Assembly: GCF_009914755.1 (NCBI RefSeq)
Contig: NC_060937.1
Length of the DNA stretch: 64,000 nucleotides
Strand: one strand, 5' to 3'
From: the human T2T-CHM13v2.0 reference genome, Homo sapiens
The notes below the pieces were generated by a model. The model did not search any database. It was not told the origin of the DNA and saw only the letters and a program-made list of their open reading frames with translations. This document shows positions 52,011 to 64,000 of the stretch, piece after piece. Both the position numbers and the translations under genes were made by a program. The first letter of the stretch is position 1. Every line of letters starts with the position of its first letter.

Positions 52011-55000
52011 TCAAAACTGCTCTATCAATAGAAAGGTTCAACTCTTTTAGTTGAGTACACACATCACAAACAAGTTTCTGAGAATGCTTCTGTCTGGCTT
52101 TTATTGGAAGACGTTTCCTTTTCACCAAAGGCATCAAAGCGCTCCAAATGTCCACTTCCAGATTCTTCCAAAAGAGTGTTTGAAACGTGCTCAAAGTAAG
52201 GGAATGTTCAACTCTGTGACTTGAATGCAGATATCACCAAGTAGTTTCTAATAGTGCTTCTGTCTAGATTTTAGATGATGATATTCCCGTTTCCAACGAA
52301 ATCGTTAGAGCTATCCAAATATCCACTTACAGTTGCTACAAAAACAGTGTTTCCAAACTGCTGCATCAAAAGAAAGGTTCAACTCTGTTAGTTGAGGACA
52401 CACGTCACAAAGAAGTTTGTGAGAATGCTTCTGTCTAGATTTTGTATGACGATATTCCCTTTTCCAACGATATCATTAAAGCAATCTAAATATCCATTTG
52501 CAGAATCCACAAAAATAGAGTTTCAAAGCTGCTCTGTAAAAAGAAAGGTTCCACTCTGTTAGCTGAGTACACACATCACAAACTTGTTTCTCAGAATCCT
52601 TCTGTCTCGTTTTTCTGGGAAGATATTTACTTTTTCACCGTAGGCATCAAAGCGCTCCAAATGTCCACATCCAGATACTCCAGAAAGAGTGTTTCAAACC
52701 TGCTCTATGAAAGGGAATCTTCAACTCTATGAGTTGAATGCAGACATCAGAAAGAAATTTCTGAGAATGCTGCTGTCTACCTTTTATTTGAATTCCCGCT
52801 TCCAACGAAATCCTCCAAGCTATCCAAATATCCACTTGCAGATTCCACAAAAAGAGTGTTTCAAAACTGCTCTCTATCAATGGCAAAGTTCAACTCTGTT
52901 AGTTGAGGACACATATCACCAACAAGTTTCTGAGAATGCTTCTGTCTATTTTTTATGGGAAGATATTTCCTTTTTCACCGTAGGCGTCAAGGCGATCGAA
53001 ATGTCCACTTCCACAAACTACAAAAAGAGTGTTTCAAACCTGCTCTATGAAAGGCCATGTTCATCTCTATGAGTCGAATGGAAATATCCGAAAGAAATTT
53101 CTGGGAATGCTGCTGTCTAGTTTTTATACGAATTCCCGCTTCCAACGAAATCCTCAAAGCAATCCAAATATCCACTTGCAGAATCCACAAAAAGAGTGTT
53201 TCAAAACTGCTCTATCAATAGAAAGGTTCAACTCTTTTAGTTGAGTACACACATCACAAACAAGTTTCTGAGAATGCTTCTGTCTGGCTTTTATTGGAAG
53301 ACGTTTCCTTTTCACCAAAGGCATCAAAGCGCTCCAAATGTCCACTTCCAGATTCTTCCAAAAGAGTGTTTGAAACGTGCTCAAAGTAAGGGAATGTTCA
53401 ACTCTGTGACTTGAATGCAGATATCACCAAGTAGTTTCTAATAGTGCTTCTGTCTAGATTTTAGATGATGATATTCCCGTTTCCAACGAAATCGTTAGAG
53501 CTATCCAAATATCCACTTACAGTTGCTACAAAAACAGTGTTTCCAAACTGCTGCATCAAAAGAAAGGTTCAACTCTGTTAGTTGAGGACACACGTCACAA
53601 AGAAGTTTGTGAGAATGCTTCTGTCTAGATTTTGTATGACGATATTCCCTTTTCCAACGATATCATTAAAGCAATCTAAATATCCATTTGCAGAATCCAC
53701 AAAAATAGAGTTTCAAAGCTGCTCTGTAAAAAGAAAGGTTCCACTCTGTTAGCTGAGTACACACATCACAAACTTGTTTCTCAGAATCCTTCTGTCTCGT
53801 TTTTCTGGGAAGATATTTACTTTTTCACCGTAGGCATCAAAGCGCTCCAAATGTCCACATCCAGATACTCCAGAAAGAGTGTTTCAAACCTGCTCTATGA
53901 AAGGGAATCTTCAACTCTATGAGTTGAATGCAGACATCAGAAAGAAATTTCTGAGAATGCTGCTGTCTACCTTTTATTTGAATTCCCGCTTCCAACGAAA
54001 TCCTCCAAGCTATCCAAATATCCACTTGCAGATTCCACAAAAAGAGTGTTTCAAAACTGCTCTCTATCAATGGCAAAGTTCAACTCTGTTAGTTGAGGAC
54101 ACATATCACCAACAAGTTTCTGAGAATGCTTCTGTCTATTTTTTATGGGAAGATATTTCCTTTTTCACCGTAGGCGTCAAGGCGATCGAAATGTCCACTT
54201 CCACAAACTACAAAAAGAGTGTTTCAAACCTGCTCTATGAAAGGCCATGTTCATCTCTATGAGTCGAATGGAAATATCCGAAAGAAATTTCTGGGAATGC
54301 TGCTGTCTAGTTTTTATACGAATTCCCGCTTCCAACGAAATCCTCAAAGCAATCCAAATATCCACTTGCAGAATCCACAAAAAGAGTGTTTCAAAACTGC
54401 TCTATCAATAGAAAGGTTCAACTCTTTTAGTTGAGTACACACATCACAAACAAGTTTCTGAGAATGCTTCTGTCTGGCTTTTATTGGAAGACGTTTCCTT
54501 TTCACCAAAGGCATCAAAGCGCTCCAAATGTCCACTTCCAGATTCTTCCAAAAGAGTGTTTGAAACGTGCTCAAAGTAAGGGAATGTTCAACTCTGTGAC
54601 TTGAATGCAGATATCACCAAGTAGTTTCTAATAGTGCTTCTGTCTAGATTTTAGATGATGATATTCCCGTTTCCAACGAAATCGTTAGAGCTATCCAAAT
54701 ATCCACTTACAGTTGCTACAAAAACAGTGTTTCCAAACTGCTGCATCAAAAGAAAGGTTCAACTCTGTTAGTTGAGGACACACGTCACAAAGAAGTTTGT
54801 GAGAATGCTTCTGTCTAGATTTTGTATGACGATATTCCCTTTTCCAACGATATCATTAAAGCAATCTAAATATCCATTTGCAGAATCCACAAAAATAGAG
54901 TTTCAAAGCTGCTCTGTAAAAAGAAAGGTTCCACTCTGTTAGCTGAGTACACACATCACAAACTTGTTTCTCAGAATCCTTCTGTCTCGTTTTTCTGGGA

Positions 55001-58000
55001 AGATATTTACTTTTTCACCGTAGGCATCAAAGCGCTCCAAATGTCCACATCCAGATACTCCAGAAAGAGTGTTTCAAACCTGCTCTATGAAAGGGAATCT
55101 TCAACTCTATGAGTTGAATGCAGACATCAGAAAGAAATTTCTGAGAATGCTGCTGTCTACCTTTTATTTGAATTCCCGCTTCCAACGAAATCCTCCAAGC
55201 TATCCAAATATCCACTTGCAGATTCCACAAAAAGAGTGTTTCAAAACTGCTCTCTATCAATGGCAAAGTTCAACTCTGTTAGTTGAGGACACATATCACC
55301 AACAAGTTTCTGAGAATGCTTCTGTCTATTTTTTATGGGAAGATATTTCCTTTTTCACCGTAGGCGTCAAGGCGATCGAAATGTCCACTTCCACAAACTA
55401 CAAAAAGAGTGTTTCAAACCTGCTCTATGAAAGGCCATGTTCATCTCTATGAGTCGAATGGAAATATCCGAAAGAAATTTCTGGGAATGCTGCTGTCTAG
55501 TTTTTATACGAATTCCCGCTTCCAACGAAATCCTCAAAGCAATCCAAATATCCACTTGCAGAATCCACAAAAAGAGTGTTTCAAAACTGCTCTATCAATA
55601 GAAAGGTTCAACTCTTTTAGTTGAGTACACACATCACAAACAAGTTTCTGAGAATGCTTCTGTCTGGCTTTTATTGGAAGACGTTTCCTTTTCACCAAAG
55701 GCATCAAAGCGCTCCAAATGTCCACTTCCAGATTCTTCCAAAAGAGTGTTTGAAACGTGCTCAAAGTAAGGGAATGTTCAACTCTGTGACTTGAATGCAG
55801 ATATCACCAAGTAGTTTCTAATAGTGCTTCTGTCTAGATTTTAGATGATGATATTCCCGTTTCCAACGAAATCGTTAGAGCTATCCAAATATCCACTTAC
55901 AGTTGCTACAAAAACAGTGTTTCCAAACTGCTGCATCAAAAGAAAGGTTCAACTCTGTTAGTTGAGGACACACGTCACAAAGAAGTTTGTGAGAATGCTT
56001 CTGTCTAGATTTTGTATGACGATATTCCCTTTTCCAACGATATCGTTAAAGCAATCTAAATATCCATTTGCAGAATCCACAAAAATAGAGTTTCAAAGCT
56101 GCTCTGTAAAAAGAAAGGTTCCACTCTGTTAGCTGAGTACACACATCACAAACTTGTTTCTCAGAATCCTTCTGTCTCGTTTTTCTGGGAAGATATTTAC
56201 TTTTTCACCGTAGGCATCAAAGCGCTCCAAATGTCCACATCCAGATACTCCAGAAAGAGTGTTTCAAACCTGCTCTATGAAAGGGAATCTTCAACTCTAT
56301 GAGTTGAATGCAGACATCAGAAAGAAATTTCTGAGAATGCTGCTGTCTACCTTTTATTTGAAATCCCGCTTCCAACGAAATCCTCCAAGCTATCCAAATA
56401 TCCACTTGCAGATTCCACAAAAAGAGTGTTTCAAAACTGCTCTCTATCAATGGCAAAGTTCAACTCTGTTAGTTGAGGACACATATCACCAACAAGTTTC
56501 TGAGAATGCTTCTGTCTATTTTTTATGGGAAGATATTTCCTTTTTCACCGTAGGCGTCAAGGCGATCGAAATGTCCACTTCCACAAACTACAAAAAGAGT
56601 GTTTCAAACCTGCTCTATGAAAGGCCATGTTCATCTCTATGAGTCGAATGGAAATATCCGAAAGAAATTTCTGGGAATGCTGCTGTCTAGTTTTTATACG
56701 AATTCCCGCTTCCAACGAAATCCTCAAAGCAATCCAAATATCCACTTGCAGAATCCACAAAAAGAGTGTTTCAAAACTGCTCTATCAATAGAAAGGTTCA
56801 ACTCTTTTAGTTGAGTACACACATCACAAACAAGTTTCTGAGAATGCTTCTGTCTGGCTTTTATTGGAAGACGTTTCCTTTTCACCAAAGGCATCAAAGC
56901 GCTCCAAATGTCCACTTCCAGATTCTTCCAAAAGAGTGTTTGAAACGTGCTCAAAGTAAGGGAATGTTCAACTCTGTGACTTGAATGCAGATATCACCAA
57001 GTAGTTTCTAATAGTGCTTCTGTCTAGATTTTAGATGATGATATTCCCGTTTCCAACGAAATCGTTAGAGCTATCCAAATATCCACTTACAGTTTCTACA
57101 AAAAGAGTGTTTCCAAACTGCTGCATCAAAAGAAAGGTTCAACTCTGTTAGTTGAGGACACACGTCACAAAGAAGTTTGTGAGAATGCTTCTGTCTAGAT
57201 TTTGTATGACGATATTCCCTTTTCCAACGATATCGTTAAAGCAATCTAAATATCCATTTGCAGAATCCACAAAAATAGAGTTTCAAAGCTGCTCTGTAAA
57301 AAGAAAGGTTCCACTCTGTTAGCTGAGTACACACATCACAAACTTGTTTCTCAGAATCCTTCTGTCTCGTTTTTATGGGAAGATATTTACTTTTTCACCG
57401 TAGGCATCAAAGCGCTCCAAATGTCCACATCCAGATACTCCAGAAAGAGTGTTTCAAACCTGCTCTATGAAAGGGAATCTTCAACTCTATGAGTTGAATG
57501 CAGACATCAGAAAGAAATTTCTGAGAATGCTGCTGTCTACCTTTTATTTGAATTCCCGCTTCCAACGAAATCCTCCAAGCTATCCAAATATCCACTTGCA
57601 GATTCCACAAAAAGAGTGTTTCAAAACTGCTCTCTATCAATGGCAAAGTTCAACTCTGTTAGTTGAGGACACATATCACCAACAAGTTTCTGAGAATGCT
57701 TCTGTCTATTTTTTATGGGAAGATATTTCCTTTTTCACCGTAGGCGTCAAGGCGATCGAAATGTCCACTTCCACAAACTACAAAAAGAGTGTTTCAAACC
57801 TGCTCTATGAAAGGCCATGTTCATCTCTATGAGTCGAATGGAAATATCCGAAAGAAATTTCTGGGAATGCTGCTGTCTAGTTTTTATACGAATTCCCGCT
57901 TCCAACGAAATCCTCAAAGCAATCCAAATATCCACTTGCAGAATCCACAAAAAGAGTGTTTCAAAACTGCTCTATCAATAGAAAGGTTCAACTCTTTTAG

Positions 58001-60340
58001 TTGAGTACACACATCACAAACAAGTTTCTGAGAATGCTTCTGTCTGGCTTTTATTGGAAGACGTTTCCTTTTCACCAAAGGCATCAAAGCGCTCCAAATG
58101 TCCACTTCCAGATTCTTCCAAAAGAGTGTTTGAAACGTGCTCAAAGTAAGGGAATGTTCAACTCTGTGACTTGAATGCAGATATCACCAAGTAGTTTCTA
58201 ATAGTGCTTCTGTCTAGATTTTAGATGATGATATTCCCGTTTCCAACGAAATCGTTAGATCTATCCAAATATCCACTTACAGTTGCTACAAAAACAGTGT
58301 TTCCAAACTGCTGCATCAAAAGAAAGGTTCAACTCTGTTAGTTGAGGACACACGTCACAAAGAAGTTTGTGAGAATGCTTCTGTCTAGATTTTGTATGAC
58401 GATATTCCCTTTTCCAACGATATCATTAAAGCAATCTAAATATCCATTTGCAGAATCCACAAAAATAGAGTTTCAAAGCTGCTCTGTAAAAAGAAAGGTT
58501 CCACTCTGTTAGCTGAGTACACACATCACAAACTTGTTTCTCAGAATCCTTCTGTCTCGTTTTTCTGGGAAGATATTTACTTTTTCACCGTAGGCATCAA
58601 AGCGCTCCAAATGTCCACATCCAGATACTCCAGAAAGAGTGTTTCAAACCTGCTCTATGAAAGGGAATCTTCAACTCTATGAGTTGAATGCAGACATCAG
58701 AAAGAAATTTCTGAGAATGCTGCTGTCTACCTTTTATTTGAATTCCCGCTTCCAACGAAATCCTCCAAGCTATCCAAATATCCACTTGCAGATTCCACAA
58801 AAAGAGTGTTTCAAAACTGCTCTCTATCAATGGCAAAGTTCAACTCTGTTAGTTGAGGACACATATCACCAACAAGTTTCTGAGAATGCTTCTGTCTATT
58901 TTTTATGGGAAGATATTTCCTTTTTCACCGTAGGCGTCAAGGCGATCGAAATGTCCACTTCCACAAACTACAAAAAGAGTGTTTCAAACCTGCTCTATGA
59001 AAGGCCATGTTCATCTCTATGAGTCGAATGGAAATATCCGAAAGAAATTTCTGGGAATGCTGCTGTCTAGTTTTTATACGAATTCCCGCTTCCAACGAAA
59101 TCCTCAAAGCAATCCAAATATCCACTTGCAGAATCCACAAAAAGAGTGTTTCAAAACTGCTCTATCAATAGAAAGGTTCAACTCTTTTAGTTGAGTACAC
59201 ACATCACAAACAAGTTTCTGAGAATGCTTCTGTCTGGCTTTTATTGGAAGACGTTTCCTTTTCACCAAAGGCATCAAAGCGCTCCAAATGTCCACTTCCA
59301 GATTCTTCCAAAAGAGTGTTTGAAACGTGCTCAAAGTAAGGGAATGTTCAACTCTGTGACTTGAATGCAGATATCACCAAGTAGTTTCTAATAGTGCTTC
59401 TGTCTAGATTTTAGATGATGATATTCCCGTTTCCAACGAAATCGTTAGAGCTATCCAAATATCCACTTACAGTTGCTACAAAAACAGTGTTTCCAAACTG
59501 CTGCATCAAAAGAAAGGTTCAACTCTGTTAGTTGAGGACACACGTCACAAAGAAGTTTGTGAGAATGCTTCTGTCTAGATTTTGTATGACGATATTCCCT
59601 TTTCCAACGATATCGTTAAAGCAATCTAAATATCCATTTGCAGAATCCACAAAAATAGAGTTTCAAAGCTGCTCTGTAAAAAGAAAGGTTCCACTCTGTT
59701 AGCTGAGTACACACATCACAAACTTGTTTCTCAGAATCCTTCTGTCTCGTTTTTCTGGGAAGATATTTACTTTTTCACCGTAGGCATCAAAGCGCTCCAA
59801 ATGTCCACATCCAGATACTCCAGAAAGAGTGTTTCAAACCTGCTCTATGAAAGGGAATCTTCAACTCTATGAGTTGAATGCAGACATCAGAAAGAAATTT
59901 CTGAGAATGCTGCTGTCTACCTTTTATTTGAATTCCCGCTTCCAACGAAATCCTCCAAGCTATCCAAATATCCACTTGCAGATTCCACAAAAAGAGTGTT
60001 TCAAAACTGCTCTCTATCAATGGCAAAGTTCAACTCTGTTAGTTGAGGACACATATCACCAACAAGTTTCTGAGAATGCTTCTGTCTATTTTTTATGGGA
60101 AGATATTTCCTTTTTCACCGTAGGCGTCAAGGCGATCGAAATGTCCACTTCCACAAACTACAAAAAGAGTGTTTCAAACCTGCTCTATGAAAGGCCATGT
60201 TCATCTCTATGAGTCGAATGGAAATATCCGAAAGAAATTTCTGGGAATGCTGCTGTCTAGTTTTTATACGAATTCCCGCTTCCAACGAAATCCTCAAAGC
60301 AATCCAAATATCCACTTGCAGAATCCACAAAAAGAGTGTT
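52011..60340 (-). repeat. Run of seven tandem 7-mer HORs (U35-U41)
   Basis: Exact 1190-bp period. Confidence 0.96.
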
Positions 60341-63300
60341 TCAAAACTGCTCTATCAATAGAAAGGTTCAACTCTTTTAGTTGAGTACACACATCACAAA
60401 CAAGTTTCTGAGAATGCTTCTGTCTGGCTTTTATTGGAAGACGTTTCCTTTTCACCAAAGGCATCAAAGCGCTCCAAATGTCCACTTCCAGATTCTTCCA
60501 AAAGAGTGTTTGAAACGTGCTCAAAGTAAGGGAATGTTCAACTCTGTGACTTGAATGCAGATATCACCAAGTAGTTTCTAATAGTGCTTCTGTCTAGATT
60601 TTAGATGATGATATTCCCGTTTCCAACGAAATCGTTAGAGCTATCCAAATATCCACTTACAGTTTCTACAAAAAGAGTGTTTCCAAACTGCTGCATCAAA
60701 AGAAAGGTTCAACTCTGTTAGTTGAGGACACACGTCACAAAGAAGTTTGTGAGAATGCTTCTGTCTAGATTTTGTATGACCATATTCCCTTTTCCAGCGA
60801 TATCATTAAAGCAATCTAAATATCCATTTGCAGAATCCACAAAAATAGAGTTTCAAAGCTGCTCTGTAAAAAGAAAGGTTCCACTCTGTTAGCTGAGTAC
60901 ACACATCACAAACTTGTTTCTCAGAATCCTTCTGTCTCGTTTTTCTGGGAAGATATTTACTTTTTCACCGTAGGCATCAAAGCGCTCCAAATGTCCACAT
61001 CCAGATACTCCAGAAAGAGTGTTTCAAACCTGCTCTATGAAAGGGAATCTTCAACTCTATGAGTTGAATGCAGACATCAGAAAGAAATTTCTGAGAATGC
61101 TGCTGTCTACCTTTTATTTGAATTCCCGCTTCCAACGAAATCCTCCAAGCTATCCAAATATCCACCTGCATTTTCCACAAAAAGAGCGTTTCAAAACTGC
61201 TCTATCAATAGAAATGTTCAACTCCTTTGGCTGGGTACACACATCACAAACAAGTTTCTGAGAATGCTTCTGTCTAGTTTTTATGGGAAGACATTCCCTT
61301 TTTCACCAAAGGCATCAAAGCGCTCCAAATGTCCACTTCCAGACACTACAAAAAGAGTGTTTCCAACGTGCTCTAAGAAAGCGAATGTTCAACTCTGTGA
61401 CTTGAATGCAGATATCACAAAGTAGTTTCTGAGAGGGCTTCTGTCTAGATTTTAGATGATGATATTCCCGTTTCCAACGAAATCATTAGAGCTATCCAAA
61501 TATCCACTTACAGTTTCTACAAAAAGAGTGTTTCCAAACTGCTGCATCAAAAGAGAGGTTCCACTCTGTTAGCTGAGTACACACATCACAAACTTGTTTC
61601 TCAGAATCCTTCTGTCTCGTTTTTCTGGGAAGATATTTACTTTTTCACCGTAGGCATCAAAGCGCTCCAAATGTCCACATCCAGATACTCCAGAAAGAGT
61701 GTTTCAAACCTGCTCTATGAAAGGGAATCTTCAACTCTATGAGTTGAATGCAGACATCAGAAAGAAATTTCTGAGAATGCTGCTGTCTACCTTTTATTTG
61801 AATTCCCGCTTCCAACGAAATCCTCCAAGCTATCCAAATATCCACTTGCAGATTCCACAAAAAGAGTGTTTCAAAACTGCTCTCTATCAATGGCAAAGTT
61901 CAACTCTGTTAGTTGAGGACACATATCACCAACAAGTTTCTGAGAATGCTTCTGTCTATTTTTTATGGGAAGATATTTCCTTTTTCACCGTAGGCGTCAA
62001 GGCGATCGAAATGTCCACTTCCACAAACTACAAAAAGAGTGTTTCAAACCTGCTCTATGAAAGGCCATGTTCATCTCTATGAGTCGAATGGAAATATCCG
62101 AAAGAAATTTCTGGGAATGCTGCTGTCTAGTTTTTATACGAATTCCCGCTTCCAACGAAATCCTCAAAGCAATCCAAATATCCACTTGCAGAATCCACAA
62201 AAAGAGTGTTTCAAAACTGCTCTATCAATAGAAAGGTTCAACTCTTTTAGTTGAGTACACACATCACAAACAAGTTTCTGAGAATGCTTCTGTCTGGCTT
62301 TTATTGGAAGACGTTTCCTTTTCACCAAAGGCATCAAAGCGCTCCAAATGTCCACTTCCAGATTCTTCCAAAAGAGTGTTTGAAACGTGCTCAAAGTAAG
62401 GGAATGTTCAACTCTGTGACTTGAATGCAGATATCACCAAGTAGTTTCTAATAGTGCTTCTGTCTAGATTTTAGATGATGATATTCCCGTTTCCAACGAA
62501 ATCGTTAGAGCTATCCAAATATCCACTTACAGTTGCTACAAAAACAGTGTTTCCAAACTGCTGCATCAAAAGAAAGGTTCAACTCTGTTAGTTGAGGACA
62601 CACGTCACAAAGAAGTTTGTGAGAATGCTTCTGTCTAGATTTTGTATGACGATATTCCCTTTTCCAACGATATCATTAAAGCAATCTAAATATCCATTTG
62701 CAGAATCCACAAAAATAGAGTTTCAAAGCTGCTCTGTAAAAAGAAAGGTTCCACTCTGTTAGCTGAGTACACACATCACAAACTTGTTTCTCAGAATCCT
62801 TCTGTCTCGTTTTTATGGGAAGATATTTACTTTTTCACCGTAGGCATCAAAGCGCTCCAAATGTCCACATCCAGATACTCCAGAAAGAGTGTTTCAAACC
62901 TGCTCTATGAAAGGGAATCTTCAACTCTATGAGTTGAATGCAGACATCAGAAAGAAATTTCTGAGAATGCTGCTGTCTACCTTTTATTTGAATTCCCGCT
63001 TCCAACGAAATCCTCCAAGCTATCCAAATATCCACTTGCAGATTCCACAAAAAGAGTGTTTCAAAACTGCTCTCTATCAATGGCAAAGTTCAACTCTGTT
63101 AGTTGAGGACACATATCACCAACAAGTTTCTGAGAATGCTTCTGTCTATTTTTTATGGGAAGATATTTCCTTTTTCACCATAGGCGTCAAGGCGATCGAA
63201 ATGTCCACTTCCACAAACTACAAAAAGAGTGTTTCAAACCTGCTCTATGAAAGGCCATGTTCATCTCTATGAGTCGAATGGAAATATCCGAAAGAAATTT

Positions 63301-64000
63301 CTGGGAATGCTGCTGTCTAGTTTTTATACGAATTCCCGCTTCCAACGAAATCCTCAAAGCAATCCAAATATCCACTTGCAGAATCCACAAAAAGAGTGTT
63401 TCAAAACTGCTCTATCAATAGAAAGGTTCAACTCTTTTAGTTGAGTACACACATCACAAACAAGTTTCTGAGAATGCTTCTGTCTGGCTTTTATTGGAAG
63501 ACGTTTCCTTTTCACCAAAGGCATCAAAGCGCTCCAAATGTCCACTTCCAGATTCTTCCAAAAGAGTGTTTGAAACGTGCTCAAAGTAAGGGAATGTTCA
63601 ACTCTGTGACTTGAATGCAGATATCACCAAGTAGTTTCTAATAGTGCTTCTGTCTAGATTTTAGATGATGATATTCCCGTTTCCAACGAAATCGTTAGAG
63701 CTATCCAAATATCCACTTACAGTTGCTACAAAAACAGTGTTTCCAAACTGCTGCATCAAAAGAAAGGTTCAACTCTGTTAGTTGAGGACACACGTCACAA
63801 AGAAGTTTGTGAGAATGCTTCTGTCTAGATTTTGTATGACGATATTCCCTTTTCCAACGATATCGTTAAAGCAATCTAAATATCCATTTGCAGAATCCAC
63901 AAAAATAGAGTTTCAAAGCTGCTCTGTAAAAAGAAAGGTTCCACTCTGTTAGCTGAGTACACACATCACAAACTTGTTTCTCAGAATCCTTCTGTCTCGT
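60341..64000 (-). repeat. U42 A (60341-62210), U43 S (62211-63400), partial U44 (63401-64000, carries 7-mer-type alleles)
   Basis: Unit lengths are 1870 and 1190. U44 has gttgctaca, aaacagtg, cacgtc, gacgat and ccaacg. Confidence 0.93.

Larger units (their letters stand above)
1..64000 (-). repeat. Centromeric alpha-satellite HOR array (SF2-like; most likely D13Z1/D21Z1 = S2C13/21H1L), mixed 11-mer and 7-mer HORs
   Basis: ~170-bp periodicity. The + strand is the reverse complement of the alphoid consensus (gtttctgagaatgcttctgtctag). CENP-B boxes lie mostly in every second monomer. HOR periods of 1870/1868/1190 bp come from the spacing of the recurring 76-aa ORF. EcoRI sites at 780, 1460 and 1800 predict 680/340/850-bp fragments from tandem A-type units, matching my recollection of the chr13/21 alphaRI(680) and ~850-bp L1.26 clones. 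The alpha-satellite call is secure; the chromosome is inferred. Confidence 0.97.

Noticed and set aside
637-63584. About 250 short ORFs (67-127 aa) on both strands, e.g. MFQTCSMKGNLQLYELNADIRKKF...
   Set aside because: They are translations of alpha-satellite monomers that recur with HOR periodicity. They overlap on opposite strands, often start at GTG or other non-ATG codons, appear or vanish with single SNVs, and show no recognisable domain. I used them only as positional markers.
1-64000. CRISPR-like repeat/spacer array or other novel gene system
   Set aside because: There are no unique spacers, no cas or other genes and no non-satellite sequence; the intervals between motifs are themselves repeated.
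1-64000. Transposon insertion (L1/Alu), inversion or array boundary
   Set aside because: Unit lengths sum exactly (13x1870 + 5x1868 + 25x1190 = 63400, plus a 600-bp partial), leaving no room for inserts. All boxes read have the same orientation, and no poly-A tail or target-site duplication was seen.
1-64000. Sequence is a computationally modelled centromere (GRCh38-style) or an assembly false duplication
   Set aside because: Rare SNVs in register over 35 kb are not expected from a short-memory generative model, and the two copies differ by several structural and point changes, unlike a simple false duplication. This is not fully excludable without reads.
1-64000. Chromosome 1 D1Z5-type 11-mer or another ~1.9-kb HOR family
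   Set aside because: The alternating ~340-bp CENP-B spacing and the 680/340/850 EcoRI pattern fit the dimeric 13/21 family, not a pentameric SF3 11-mer. An HMM classification would be decisive.

Overview
The whole 64 kb window is one uninterrupted, single-orientation array of human-type centromeric alpha satellite (~170-bp monomers). The canonical strand is the minus strand, because CENP-B boxes read TCCCGYTTCCAACGAAA on +. It is a highly homogeneous higher-order-repeat (HOR) array with SF2-like dimeric CENP-B spacing and best fits D13Z1/D21Z1 (S2C13/21H1L); the many 7-mers favour chr13. Taking position 1 as the unit start, there are 43 complete HORs plus a 600-bp partial: 13 'A' 11-mers (1870 bp), 5 'B' 11-mers (1868 bp) and 25 'S' 7-mers (1190 bp). 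Their order is A B A A S A B S A A S9 A S3 B | A B A S S A B S A A S7 A S (S..). I found no genes, RNA genes, transposons, inversions or CRISPR; all ORFs are translation artefacts of the repeat. No new gene system is supported. The interesting content is the array's architecture: a ~35-kb repeat of HORs marked by shared rare SNVs, a 7-mer derived by recombination between 290-bp internal repeats, a CpG-richer haplotype linked to the 7-mer, and short conversion-like mosaics. SNVs were read by eye and should be confirmed by alignment.
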